64,000 nt of DNA from Candidatus Limnocylindrales bacterium (GTDB lineage: Bacteria; Moduliflexota; Moduliflexia; Moduliflexales; JAUQPW01), in contig DATMBG010000015.1 of NCBI GenBank assembly GCA_035559535.1, positions 23,677 to 87,676 of the forward strand. Direction: 5' to 3'. Shown piece after piece: positions 17,664 through 27,749 of the stretch. A model generated the notes under the pieces. That model made no database searches. It was not told the DNA's origin and worked only from the letters and a program-made list of their open reading frames with translations. Position numbers and translations under genes: made by a program. How positions within the stretch are numbered: the first letter of the stretch is position 1; each line of letters begins with the position of its first letter.

Positions 17664-19991
17664 TCAGGGTTTTTCCTTGATCCGTTGTTCTCCCACCGCA
17701 TCCTGCCGACTCCCACTTAGTTTGAACTTCTCCACCAACTTCTGGAGGCTTCCAGATAGATTGGCTAAATTTTGACTGATCGAGGCTGTTTGATTGATCG
17801 ATACCGATGTTTGCTTCGACCCTTCCGCTATTTCTTTCAATGCAATCACTACCTGATCGCTGGCCGTCTTCTGCTGCTGTGTGGATAATGAAATCTGCTT
17901 GGCCGCATCCGTAGTTGATTGGGCTCCGGCCAGTATATCCTCCAGTAACTTAGCCGTCTGAAACGATGTTTCCATCCCTTCTTGGATCTCCTTAGAACTC
18001 TTCTCTGATGCGATTACCAATCGATTAATAGCCTCTTGAATTTCATTAATCCTGCCCTCAATCTCCTCTGTAGATTCCATCACACTGTCTGCCAAGCGCC
18101 TTATCTCGGCAGCTACCACCCCAAATCTTTTTCCAAACTCTCCAGCACTGGCCGCCTCGATGGCCGCATTAAAGGCTATCAATTTGGTCTGATCCGCAAT
18201 GTTGTTAATGATCTCCATTACCCGGGTAATCTCCTTAGATCTTTTTCCTAAAGCCACAATCTCGGTTATACTCCTTTGACTATCCTGATTGATTTCTTCC
18301 ATCTTCTTTACCACTGACGCGACAGCCTCTGCCCCCTTCTCTGCAGCTCGTAAGGCTCGTGTTGAGGCTTCCAAAACCGATTGAGAGTGGTCTGCTATGT
18401 ATTTAGAAGAGGCCGACAGCTCTTCCATGGTTGAAGTAATCTCGGAAACCGAACTAGATTGCTGGGATACAATACTGGCTTGTTGGGTTACCGCCTCCAA
18501 AATCTCCCGGCTCGCTACATTGACCTCCCGGGTGGTATTGACAACCAGGGTTATAATCTCGTGAAGTTTATCCATAAAAGCATTGAACCACCTGGCCAAC
18601 TCTCCTATCTCTCCGGTTCGATTGACGTCCAGTCGCCGGGTCAGGTCTCCCTCTCCTTCGGCAATGTCCTGTAAAACCGCAGAGGTCTCCCGTAAGGATC
18701 TTAGCTCGTTAATCATGTTTTGAAAAGCAATACCTAAAACATCTTTCTCCGATTTGGGATGAACTGTCTGGGTAAGGTTACCCCTGGCCAGGTTATTGGC
18801 CACTGTTGCCAGTTCTTTAAGGTAAAGGGTCATTTGGGCAAAAGCGTTACCCAGAATATCTTGCCTGGATTTGGGTTCTACCTGAAGGCTAAGATCTCCC
18901 TGGGAGATTCGATTGGCTACGGCAGCCATGTTTCGGATATGGTCCATGAGAGCTTGCATGGAGACGGCCAGGATGGAGATCTCATCTTCCCTTTGGGTAT
19001 TGATATCCTGGATCGTACTTCCCACAAAGGCCTGAACTTCCCGGGTCATAGCAACTATAGGTCTGGATATGGAACGGGCTCCAAAAAACACCAAGAGGAT
19101 AGTAAATACAAGGAAGATCAGGGTCAAAACCAGGGCTTCAGTTTTGAGTTTATCGACGTCTATCAGAGCTTCCTTGAGGGGAATTGCAACGAGGACCGAC
19201 CAGTTATTAACTCCGACCTGCGTGTATCCGGCTATTTGGGTCTGTCCTTGATAGGTATATCGTAAGACCCCGGCCTTCTTCTCCATAATAGCCTTCCAAA
19301 GTGCGATTAGAGAAGAAGTGCCTGTTTCCAGCTCTGTGATTTTCTTCTGCATGACGAAGGTAGGATCAGGATGGGCTAAAATAAGCCCATTCGGGTCTAG
19401 CACCATGGCAAGACCACTTTGCTCGAGATGCAAGTTTACGACAGGACCAAAGAGGGTTTCTAATTTCAGGGTTCCACAGAGAAGTCCAAAAAACTCCGAC
19501 TTTTCTGAACCCAGATCAAAAAAGATAGGAACGGCAATTACAATAGCCTGATAACCAAAAAAAACCGTTTGAGGTTCCGAAACGAAGGCCTTTTGTTCCT
19601 TTCTTACATAGGAAACATAATCGGTTTTAGACAAATCTGCCCCCCTTAGCTTATAATCAAAAGGACTCAGGTTTGTCAGTATTCCCTCCTTGTCGACTAT
19701 AAAAATATGCCCAAACTCGGTGAGTACTTTGTGTTGCTCGGCTAGAGCATCATCCACATTGGTGACTGTCTGAATCATTTTAGAAAGACCCCGCAAAATA
19801 TGAGTATTCGTTTCGATGGATTTAAAGATCTGTTGACTTACCTGATTTGCGAGATTTAAGGTTTCTTTTTCAACTCTGTGCCCCACCGCTTCTGAAGCTG
19901 TATGGTAAATAAAAAAACTTAGAAGGCTTAAAGAAATGGCTACAATAAGCGCTACAATAAAAATTAACCTGCTCTGAATGGATTTGAACAT
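17664..19991 (-). CDS. methyl-accepting chemotaxis protein (Cache-type periplasmic sensor, tandem HAMP-like repeats, MA signalling domain)
   Basis: 775 aa. N-terminal TM, ~270-aa extracytoplasmic region, second TM. Repeated G(D/N)L(S/T)..V.PKS..D(I/V)LG.AF..M HAMP-like units. Conserved hairpin tip DQTKLIAFNAAIEAASAGEFGKRFGVVAAEIRRLA. Confidence 0.9.
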   Translation of the reverse strand: MFKSIQSRLIFIVALIVAISLSLLSFFIYHTASEAVGHRVEKETLNLANQVSQQIFKSIETNTHILRGLSKMIQTVTNVDDALAEQHKVLTEFGHIFIVDKEGILTNLSPFDYKLRGADLSKTDYVSYVRKEQKAFVSEPQTVFFGYQAIVIAVPIFFDLGSEKSEFFGLLCGTLKLETLFGPVVNLHLEQSGLAMVLDPNGLILAHPDPTFVMQKKITELETGTSSLIALWKAIMEKKAGVLRYTYQGQTQIAGYTQVGVNNWSVLVAIPLKEALIDVDKLKTEALVLTLIFLVFTILLVFFGARSISRPIVAMTREVQAFVGSTIQDINTQREDEISILAVSMQALMDHIRNMAAVANRISQGDLSLQVEPKSRQDILGNAFAQMTLYLKELATVANNLARGNLTQTVHPKSEKDVLGIAFQNMINELRSLRETSAVLQDIAEGEGDLTRRLDVNRTGEIGELARWFNAFMDKLHEIITLVVNTTREVNVASREILEAVTQQASIVSQQSSSVSEITSTMEELSASSKYIADHSQSVLEASTRALRAAEKGAEAVASVVKKMEEINQDSQRSITEIVALGKRSKEITRVMEIINNIADQTKLIAFNAAIEAASAGEFGKRFGVVAAEIRRLADSVMESTEEIEGRINEIQEAINRLVIASEKSSKEIQEGMETSFQTAKLLEDILAGAQSTTDAAKQISLSTQQQKTASDQVVIALKEIAEGSKQTSVSINQTASISQNLANLSGSLQKLVEKFKLSGSRQDAVGEQRIKEKP

Positions 19992-20131
19992 AATTTCTTC
20001 CTAATTAAGTTTTCAGCTTTGAATTGACTCAAAGCCGATACCTGCCTGAAAAGGGAGTTCATTTTATCTCCAAGGGCATGATACGATCCATCATAAACTA
20101 ACAAGAAAATAGCCTTTAAGATTTAATCAGG

Positions 20132-20890
20132 TTATTTAAACCATTGAGCATAAATGCGATCGTAGGTTCCGTCTGCTTTTATTTCCGAGAGGGCCTGGTT
20201 AAATTTCTTTAAAAATTCAGCCTTTGTTCCCTTTAACACGGCTAAACCCTGAAGCGTTTGGCCAAATTCTTCTCCTACATTTTTAAGTTTACCTGGAAAA
20301 TTCTTCTTAATAAGGTACAGGCCCACCTGTTTGTCGACTACACAGGCAGCAGCTCTCCCACGGAGAACACTCTCTATAGCCTTCAGAGGGTCTTGAGTTA
20401 GATAAACCTGAATACCTGGGTAATTCTGACGAACATAGTTTATTTCAAAACTGTCCCTTTGACCGGCGATGATCTTTCCCTCTAAATCTTTTAAACTTTG
20501 AATACTCTTATCTTCTGTTTTTACAAATAAGGCTGAAACAAAGCTTCCATAACTTTCTGAAAAATCATAACTTTTCTTTCGATCTTCCTGGATTTCAGCG
20601 GATTGTATCGCATCTGCTTTCCCCACCTTAACGGATATCAATACATTAGCCCATGCATCGGGCTTAAATTCAACCTTTAACCCCATCCTCTCAATAACGG
20701 CTTTAACTAAATCCACATCAAATCCCATAGATTTTCCATTTTCTGCCCATTCATAAGGGGGATAGGAATCATCATGGGCTATGATGACCACACCCGGTTT
20801 TAAAAGATCTAACTCAGCCCCATAAACCCGGTTCAAGAGAGTGAAAAATGCGATCATAAAAGTAAAACTTATCAAAAAGATTTTTTTCAT
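20132..20890 (-). CDS. periplasmic solute-binding protein, family 3 (amino-acid ABC-type SBP)
   Basis: 252 aa. Signal peptide MKKIFLISFTFMIAFFTLLNRVYGA and a family-3 SBP pattern (YPPYEW...GFDVDL...DAIQS). No permease or ATPase gene is adjacent. Confidence 0.8.
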   Translation of the reverse strand: MKKIFLISFTFMIAFFTLLNRVYGAELDLLKPGVVIIAHDDSYPPYEWAENGKSMGFDVDLVKAVIERMGLKVEFKPDAWANVLISVKVGKADAIQSAEIQEDRKKSYDFSESYGSFVSALFVKTEDKSIQSLKDLEGKIIAGQRDSFEINYVRQNYPGIQVYLTQDPLKAIESVLRGRAAACVVDKQVGLYLIKKNFPGKLKNVGEEFGQTLQGLAVLKGTKAEFLKKFNQALSEIKADGTYDRIYAQWFK

Positions 20891-21033
20891 GAATTTCTCC
20901 TCTCAGTCTGGCATACAACTTCATCAACCTAAACTAAATGAAGTTATATTGGAAAAATCGATATGAGGGGTTAATGGCCTACTCTAAATTTCACATTCCC
21001 TAACTTCTGGCAAGAATAGAGGAATGGTTCCTT

Positions 21034-21243
21034 TTATATCCCGTCCTGAATCCGGTTCAGAAAGGAGGTGACGCGAGATTCTGAAGTAGGAAGCGAAGCC
21101 AGGAGTTGGTTATAGGCCCCGCAGAATTTGACTTTGGGGCTTACCTTGTAACCCCAGGGATCAATCGGGATTGACTTGCTTTCACAACCTTCCCAGAGCC
21201 TAACTCTCTCAAAATTCCCGTGGCAACATTTAGGATACCTCAT
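21034..21243 (-). CDS. small Cys-rich hypothetical protein
   Basis: 69-aa ORF (MRYPKCCHGNFERVRLWEGC...FCG...) with GGAGGA 11 nt upstream of the ATG. No family recognised. Confidence 0.4.
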   Translation of the reverse strand: MRYPKCCHGNFERVRLWEGCESKSIPIDPWGYKVSPKVKFCGAYNQLLASLPTSESRVTSFLNRIQDGI

Positions 21244-21628
21244 TATAATCTTTCCTCCTCGAAGTCGCTACTCCAGAGATGATCTTGAAAAGCTTTCCGG
21301 AATCCTCTAGCTATCAGCAAGCTGGTTTAAGGGAGAACGATGAAACCATAGGAGGCTCTATGGAAAGTAGAGTTACTTAAGTTTATCTCCCTTAGATTCT
21401 AGATCACATTAGACTATATAAGGACTGGAGTATTTTATCTCTCCTCTGGAGGAGATGTCAATAAAAATAAAAATGTAAGGGAAGAAGTACCGATATCAAA
21501 GTTAACATGAAAATATCTTTATCTTTGCTCCCAGACTATACCTGGAGATCGTCTTATTTTTGTTTCACCCTCTAAAGCCCAAATCCTTTCCAGGTTAAAG
21601 GGATACCATAACGTTCTTTTAGATTTCC

Positions 21629-21657
21629 TTGACAACAAGAAAATTTTTTGATGGAAT
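21629..21657 (+). promoter_or_regulatory. putative promoter of the che operon
   Basis: TTGACA (21629-21634), 17 nt, TGGAAT (21652-21657), 60 nt upstream of the cheW start. Confidence 0.4.
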
Positions 21658-21716
21658 AAACCATTAACTGGAAACAAACCTGTTCTTTAAAGGCAAGAAC
21701 CTAAAGGAAGGGAACC

Positions 21717-22238
21717 GTGTCTCCAGAAATTGATAAGAATAAGAGTGATTTTATCCTGGCTGAAGTAAAAAAACTAAAGAGTCAAGAAAAAATCCTCGAT
21801 CCAGAGGAAGAAAAAGTTAAACTGGTCATTTTTACTTTAGCGGGAGATTATTATGCTTTTCAAGGTGAGGAAGTTAAAGAGATCTTACCGGTTGGAAAAA
21901 TTACCTATGTTCCAGGCTCACCAGAAGTAATCCTTGGAATCCTTAATGTTCGTGGAGATATTGAGTCTGTGCTTGATATTCACAAATTGATGGAACTTCC
22001 AAGTTCAAAGATCACTCCAGCCAGTCGGATCATTATCGCTGCAAAGGGGGATATCCGCTCTGGAATTCAAGTTGATTCTGTTGAAGATGTTGTGGATATT
22101 CCTAAAAGCTCTATTCAACCTCCCCTTGCAACCCTCCACCACTCTATTCGAGAATTTGCCATAGGACAAACAATCTATCGGGATAGAACGACTGTTTTCT
22201 TGAGTGTTGGAAAAATATTTGAGAAATTAACCTCATGA
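21717..22238 (+). CDS. cheW: chemotaxis coupling protein CheW
   Basis: 173 aa, GTG start behind AAGGAAGGG. CheW fold pattern (LVIFTLAGDYYAF...VKEIL...VPGSPEVILGILNVRGDI). Confidence 0.85.
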   Translation: MSPEIDKNKSDFILAEVKKLKSQEKILDPEEEKVKLVIFTLAGDYYAFQGEEVKEILPVGKITYVPGSPEVILGILNVRGDIESVLDIHKLMELPSSKITPASRIIIAAKGDIRSGIQVDSVEDVVDIPKSSIQPPLATLHHSIREFAIGQTIYRDRTTVFLSVGKIFEKLTS

Positions 22239-22681
22239 TCGATTTCTCGGAACAGGGAAACAAGAATTTTAAAGAAATCCAGCTTTTAATTTTTGACATC
22301 ATAGGAATAAAGTTTGGTGTGGATATCGAACAGGTTTCGGAGATTTATGAACTTATCGATTTAGGACAGATGAAAGGAGCAAAGTATGGAGCTTCCTGGT
22401 TTCATGAGAAAATCCCTTTTCGACAAGGTCCTGTGGTCTACAAGTCCCCCCGGCTTCTTATCTTAAGAGATCAGGAGACCACGCTCGGTATCATTATAGA
22501 TCAGCCAGAAGATATTCTTTCCATTACCCTGGACGATATTCATCCCCTTCCTTCTTTACTTGAAGCTCTTAATAGGCCGGCAGCTATTTGGGGGATAGCT
22601 TTAAAAGATGAGAAGATGATTCTACTCGTTGATTTTTATAAGCTGTTTGTCAACAAAGAGGATAAAGAGTATGAAAATTAA
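22235..22681 (+). CDS. second CheW-like coupling protein
   Basis: 148 aa. ATGA overlap with the preceding cheW. Divergent CheW-like sequence (LLIFDIIGIKFGVDIEQVSEIYEL...GIIIDQPEDI). Confidence 0.7.
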   Translation: MIDFSEQGNKNFKEIQLLIFDIIGIKFGVDIEQVSEIYELIDLGQMKGAKYGASWFHEKIPFRQGPVVYKSPRLLILRDQETTLGIIIDQPEDILSITLDDIHPLPSLLEALNRPAAIWGIALKDEKMILLVDFYKLFVNKEDKEYEN

Positions 22682-23744
22682 GACTCAACACGATCCTCAA
22701 ATCAAAGTGTTAGTAGCCGATAATAACTCCCTGGTCAGGAAACTCCTTATAGATATTTTGTCTACAGACGATAAGATCAAAGTTATTGGTGAGGCTATAA
22801 ATGGTCAGGATGCTTTGAAGAAGGTTCAAAAGCTTCAACCCGATGTGGTCATCATGGACATCGAAATGCCGGAAATGAATGGTCTGGAAGCTACAGAACG
22901 TATTATGGCATCTAAAGCCGTTCCGATACTGATTGTTACAACCCGAGGGAATGTTCGTATGGCTTATGCTGCTATCTCCAAAGGGGCTTTAGATCTTCTG
23001 GAGAAGTCGGATATTCGATTAGAAAATGCTGGAGAACTTATCCAGAGAGTTAAGCTTCTATCTAAAGTCAAAGTTATTACCCATCCAGCCGGAAAATATA
23101 CCGAAAGGAAAATGACCGGAAGATTAATGATTGAAGACAGAAAATCAGGATCAGACTCCAGAAAGCAAGTGATCGCCATCGCTGCTTCAACAGGAGGACC
23201 TAAAGCCCTGGCCGTCCTTTTATCTGAATTGCCAGAAGATTTTCCCTGCCCCATTGTTATCGCCCAACACATGGGGGACGGTTTTATTCCGGGTCTGGCC
23301 GGATGGTTAAACAGCATTTCAAAACTGACCGTTAAAGAAGGTATAGACCGTGAAATAATCACGTCAGGAACTGTCTATCTTTCCCCTTCAGAACGACATA
23401 TGAAAATCAGCCAGAGTGGGAGAATTATTTTAATAGAAAGGCAGCCCGGAGATATTTATCATCCCTCCTGCGACCTGCTTTTAGCCTCCGTAGCCAGTAC
23501 TTATGGTACAGACAGTATTGGTGTTATACTAACTGGTATGGGAGATGATGGGGTATTGGGAATGAAAAAAATCAAAGGGGTCGGCGGAATTACCCTGGCT
23601 CAGGATGAGAAATCTTCACTCATTTTTGGAATGCCTAAAATGGCCATTGAGAGTGGTTGTGTTGATAAAGTACTCCCTCTCCATGAAATAGCAACAGAAC
23701 TTGTACGTCTCACTTTAGGAGTGGGAGTGGAACGTAAAGCGTAA
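22671..23744 (+). CDS. cheB: protein-glutamate methylesterase/deamidase CheB (REC plus CheB_methylest)
   Basis: REC (VLVADNNS...DIEMPEMNG) and esterase motifs AASTGGPKAL, AQHMGDGF, GMGDDG. Start set at ATG 22671 (MKIKTQ), overlapping the upstream stop. Confidence 0.9.
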   Translation: MKIKTQHDPQIKVLVADNNSLVRKLLIDILSTDDKIKVIGEAINGQDALKKVQKLQPDVVIMDIEMPEMNGLEATERIMASKAVPILIVTTRGNVRMAYAAISKGALDLLEKSDIRLENAGELIQRVKLLSKVKVITHPAGKYTERKMTGRLMIEDRKSGSDSRKQVIAIAASTGGPKALAVLLSELPEDFPCPIVIAQHMGDGFIPGLAGWLNSISKLTVKEGIDREIITSGTVYLSPSERHMKISQSGRIILIERQPGDIYHPSCDLLLASVASTYGTDSIGVILTGMGDDGVLGMKKIKGVGGITLAQDEKSSLIFGMPKMAIESGCVDKVLPLHEIATELVRLTLGVGVERKA

Positions 23745-23751
23745 AATCTAC

Positions 23752-25326
23752 ATGGATCTAACCTGCTTTAAAACCCTCATTAAAGAACACTGCGGCCTTC
23801 TCCTTGAAAATGAAAAGTTGGGGACCCTGGAATTAGCCATACACACCAGAATGTCACAGATGGGATTGAAATCCTCAACTGACTACTTCAACTGCCTCCT
23901 TCAAAACAAAGACGAATTTCTTCAACTGGTAAATCTCTTGATGATCAATGAAACTTATTTTTTCCGGGAACCTATCCACCTTAAAATACTTTCCGAACAG
24001 TTAATTCCTGAACTTCTTGAAAAGAAAAAATCCAGAACGAAAATAAGGATTTTAAGCGCCGGATGTTCAACGGGAGAAGAACCCTATTCCATTGCGATAA
24101 CTCTTATGGAAAAGTATGGAGAATTAACCCGGGATCTCTTTTCTATAATAGCCTTAGATATCGACCGGGAGGCTGTTTGTATCGCAAAGGAAGGGGTTTA
24201 TAGCCTGAGCTCCTTTCGAAATTTTAATAATTTTAATGAAGAGTTAAAGAAAAAGTATTTTAGAAAGATCGGGGACCACCGATATCAGATCCTGGAATCT
24301 GTCAAAGAAAAGGTCCATTTCCAGGCTACCAATCTTTTAAGCGATTTCTATTTACATGGAATAGTGGAAATGGATATTATTTTCTATCGAAATGTGGCCA
24401 TTTATTTTGAGTCCATAGCCCAAAAGAAGATATTTCAAAAGTTGGCTGAGATCTTAACAGAGGGAGGTTACCTTTTCACCAGCTCAACAGAAACTTTCCT
24501 TCACAATATAGGAATTCTTTCTTTAATTGAAATAAACGGGGCATTTTTATATCAGAAAAAAATTATTCTCCAGGTTGATGAAAGAAGAAAATCCCCTCCG
24601 ACTATTCCCGAAATCTCGATGCCCTCATCCCTAAAGTCCCCCCTTGATCCTCTAAAAGGTATTCCGAAACCGGAAAAACCAGATAACGCTTCCACCCTTT
24701 CCCAAAAATCTACTCAGAAATCCGTCCCCTTTGAAAAAAGAAAAAACTCCCATGTGCTTTTTGATACGGCCTTATTCCTGGCTAAAAACAAACAATACCA
24801 GGAAGCTTTAGATACCATCAATAAGTTTCTGGAAGAGCAGACCTCTCGGCTAGAGGCAAAGGCGGAACAAACCCTGATGCCCCGGGATACAACCCTTGCC
24901 AAGGCAAACACTTTAAAAGCCAGTATTTTAATCAATCTTCAGCAAATGGACGAGGCCACAGTAACCTGCCTGAAAACCCTTGAAATAGATCCCTGGTACC
25001 TGGAAAGCTATCTCCTCCTAGGAATTATAGCTAAAATTCAGAGTAACGATGAAGAGGCTAAAAAAAGGTTCAAGGAGGCTTTGTATATTCAACCTACCTG
25101 CTGGCTGGCCCATTTTTATCTCGCAGAGATTTATCATTCCCAGGGTAAATTGGATCAGGCTTATAAGGAGTACGGAATTGTAATAAAACTATTACAAAAA
25201 GGGAACCTCTTAGAACATGGTCTTACTTTTTTCCCTCTTTCGTTTTCGGCAAAACAAATCGTACATCTTTGTCATCATAACCGAAATAAATTGCAGGAAC
25301 GTCTGGAGGAAAACCATGCCCATTGA
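23752..25326 (+). CDS. cheR: chemotaxis methyltransferase CheR with C-terminal TPR domain
   Basis: CheR N-domain and SAM motif RILSAGCSTGEEPYSIA. A ~200-aa C-terminal extension carries TPR-like repeats (EALDTINKFLEE..., YLESYLLLGIIAK..., AHFYLAEIYHSQGKLDQA). Confidence 0.88.
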   Translation: MDLTCFKTLIKEHCGLLLENEKLGTLELAIHTRMSQMGLKSSTDYFNCLLQNKDEFLQLVNLLMINETYFFREPIHLKILSEQLIPELLEKKKSRTKIRILSAGCSTGEEPYSIAITLMEKYGELTRDLFSIIALDIDREAVCIAKEGVYSLSSFRNFNNFNEELKKKYFRKIGDHRYQILESVKEKVHFQATNLLSDFYLHGIVEMDIIFYRNVAIYFESIAQKKIFQKLAEILTEGGYLFTSSTETFLHNIGILSLIEINGAFLYQKKIILQVDERRKSPPTIPEISMPSSLKSPLDPLKGIPKPEKPDNASTLSQKSTQKSVPFEKRKNSHVLFDTALFLAKNKQYQEALDTINKFLEEQTSRLEAKAEQTLMPRDTTLAKANTLKASILINLQQMDEATVTCLKTLEIDPWYLESYLLLGIIAKIQSNDEEAKKRFKEALYIQPTCWLAHFYLAEIYHSQGKLDQAYKEYGIVIKLLQKGNLLEHGLTFFPLSFSAKQIVHLCHHNRNKLQERLEENHAH

Positions 25327-27688
25327 TCAGGCAAAATTTAGGGCCAGGTTTGTAGAAGAGGCCAGGGAACACATTCAAAAACTCAACGAAAGTCTCCTCA
25401 ATTTGGAGAAAAATCCAGAAGATTCAGAGGCGGTGAATGCCATTTTTCGTTCAGCCCATACCATCAAAGGTTCCTCCAAGATGTTAAAATTAAACGCCAT
25501 CAACGAAGTTGCCCATAAGTTAGAAGATGCACTGGTTGCTTTAAGGGAGAAAAAGATCCAGCTTTCAAAAAAGCTTTTAGATTTATTTTTTAAAGCTGTT
25601 GATACCATTTCCGATCTGGTGGACAAAATCGTTACCGGACAGGAAATTACAGCACATCACCGCCAAATTTGTGAAGCGTTGGAAAAGGTTTCCCAGGGGC
25701 TGGAAGTAGAAATCCAAGAAACAAAAACTGAGGAGGCAAAAAAGACCGACATTGAAGTGGAAAAAGGAGAAAGGGAGAAAGTAGAAGAAGCCCTTGAAAA
25801 GAAAAAGGAAGAGACAGGAGAAAAGGAGAAGATCTTTAAAGAAGAATCCTCAAAACCTCTGTTAGACTCTAAGTCTGAGATCTTGGATTCAAAAGAGGAA
25901 CCTCAAATTCCAGATATAGCCAAACTTATAAAGAAAGGTACAAAGTCAAAAGTCGATGAGACGATTCGGATCCCGGCAGCCAGATTGGATGAACTGATAA
26001 AACTCATGGGAGAAATGGTCTTTAACCAGAGCCGGCTAAAACAAAGATTAACCGACATCCGAGAGATACAAAGGCTGGCAAAGAAAAACCTGGAACTACT
26101 CTCTCAGCTTGAAATCAAAAGTAGCTCTGCAGAAGCAGGTTTTAAGCCTGCCTTGAATGAGGAGATAAATCAAACTGCCCAGACTATTTATCAAAAACTG
26201 ACCCAACTGGTTTTAAATATTCGAGATGATACCAACCTTCAAGAGTTATTAACCGCGGATTTACAGGAAAAAGCGCTTAGAATGAGGATGCTCCCCCTTT
26301 CCACTATTTTTGATTCATTTCCCCGGGTGGTCCGAGATATTTCAAGATCCCTGGGAAAGGAGGTTAATCTGATTATTCAAGGAGGGGAAACGGAACTGGA
26401 CAAAAAAATCATAGAAAAACTTGGAGATCCTTTTCTCCATATGATTCGAAACGCCATCGATCACGGGATAGAAAAACCCGAAGATCGGCGAAAGCTTGGC
26501 AAACCGGAAACAGGTACCCTCATGATCTCTGCCCATTATGAAGGAGGAAGTGTATTAATTGAACTAAGCGATGATGGAAGCGGTATTTCTTTACAAAAAA
26601 TAAAAGAAAAGGCCCTGCGTAAAAATTTATTTGACGAAGCTACACTGAACACCCTGTCTGAATCCGAACTTATCGATCTGATCTTCTACTCAGGTTTTAG
26701 TACCAGTACCCTTATTACAGATGTATCCGGTAGGGGGGTAGGTATGGATGTGGTAAAGAAAAATATCGTCGAAGACTTAAAAGGTACTATTCGCATTATA
26801 ACAAAGGAAGGACGCGGTACTACCTTTTATATTCGGCTTCCACTCATCCTGGCTATTACCCATGTTTTACTCATCCGCACTTCGGATAAGATCTTTGCTA
26901 TTCCGACCAGTTCGGTTCGAGAGATCCTGAGGGTTCCTAAAACAGAAATGATCGAGATCTTAGATAAACAGGCTATCCGACTCCATGAGCAACTTATTCC
27001 CGTCATGGAATTGAATATGCTTCTAAATCTTCCGGTGAGTAAAGCCCCAGAGGAAATAGATACAGAGAATTTATTGATTGTAATCGTTCATAGGGAGAAC
27101 GAGCAACTAGGATTGATCATCGATTCGCTACTAGATGAAGAAGATATGGTCATAAAATCCTTACCCCCTCACATGAAAAATAATCGATGGGTGTCTGGGG
27201 TTATTATAACCGGCAATAACGAGACAGTTAATGTATTAAATGTTGCCACGATATTAGAGGCAGCGAAGGAAATGAAAGGTCTAAAACGTGACCGGAAAAA
27301 AACTCCAGAGGAAGAAAAGCGGGTAATAAACATCCTGGTGGTCGATGATTCTATTAACACTCGGGAAATAGAGAAAAGCATCCTGGAAGCCTACGGATAT
27401 AGAGTTACTTTGGCGGATGACGGGTTGGAAGCACTTGAAAAAGCCCAAAAGTTTAAATATGATCTTATCATTACCGATATTGAGATGCCAAATCTCGACG
27501 GATTTTCGTTAACCGAAAAATTAAGAAAAGATAATCAATATAAAAATACCCCCATTATCATCGTAACCTCCCGAGAAAAAGAAGAAGACAAAAGAAAAGG
27601 GATTCAGGTTGGGGCCGACGCTTATATTATTAAAGGGGCCTTCGATCAATCCAATCTGTTAGAAACGGTTCAGAGCCTGATAGGTTAA
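25316..27688 (+). CDS. cheA: hybrid chemotaxis histidine kinase CheA with C-terminal receiver domain
   Basis: Hpt (FRSAHTIKGSS), K/E-rich linker, dimerisation domain, HATPase (HMIRNAIDHGIE, DDGSGI, GRGVGMDVV), CheW-like domain, REC (ILVVDDS...DIEMPNLDG). Start set at ATG 25316 (MPIDQAKF), overlapping the cheR stop. Confidence 0.92.
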   Translation: MPIDQAKFRARFVEEAREHIQKLNESLLNLEKNPEDSEAVNAIFRSAHTIKGSSKMLKLNAINEVAHKLEDALVALREKKIQLSKKLLDLFFKAVDTISDLVDKIVTGQEITAHHRQICEALEKVSQGLEVEIQETKTEEAKKTDIEVEKGEREKVEEALEKKKEETGEKEKIFKEESSKPLLDSKSEILDSKEEPQIPDIAKLIKKGTKSKVDETIRIPAARLDELIKLMGEMVFNQSRLKQRLTDIREIQRLAKKNLELLSQLEIKSSSAEAGFKPALNEEINQTAQTIYQKLTQLVLNIRDDTNLQELLTADLQEKALRMRMLPLSTIFDSFPRVVRDISRSLGKEVNLIIQGGETELDKKIIEKLGDPFLHMIRNAIDHGIEKPEDRRKLGKPETGTLMISAHYEGGSVLIELSDDGSGISLQKIKEKALRKNLFDEATLNTLSESELIDLIFYSGFSTSTLITDVSGRGVGMDVVKKNIVEDLKGTIRIITKEGRGTTFYIRLPLILAITHVLLIRTSDKIFAIPTSSVREILRVPKTEMIEILDKQAIRLHEQLIPVMELNMLLNLPVSKAPEEIDTENLLIVIVHRENEQLGLIIDSLLDEEDMVIKSLPPHMKNNRWVSGVIITGNNETVNVLNVATILEAAKEMKGLKRDRKKTPEEEKRVINILVVDDSINTREIEKSILEAYGYRVTLADDGLEALEKAQKFKYDLIITDIEMPNLDGFSLTEKLRKDNQYKNTPIIIVTSREKEEDKRKGIQVGADAYIIKGAFDQSNLLETVQSLIG

Positions 27689-27749
27689 GTTTCCTGGAGT
27701 TATTAAATAAAACATCTCCTCAAAGAGTTCATCATACCCTTTAGTTCCT

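Noticed and set aside
18759-19265. 168-aa plus-strand ORF inside the MCP gene
   Set aside because: It is antisense to a clearly recognisable MCP, has a low-complexity sequence and lacks an SD.
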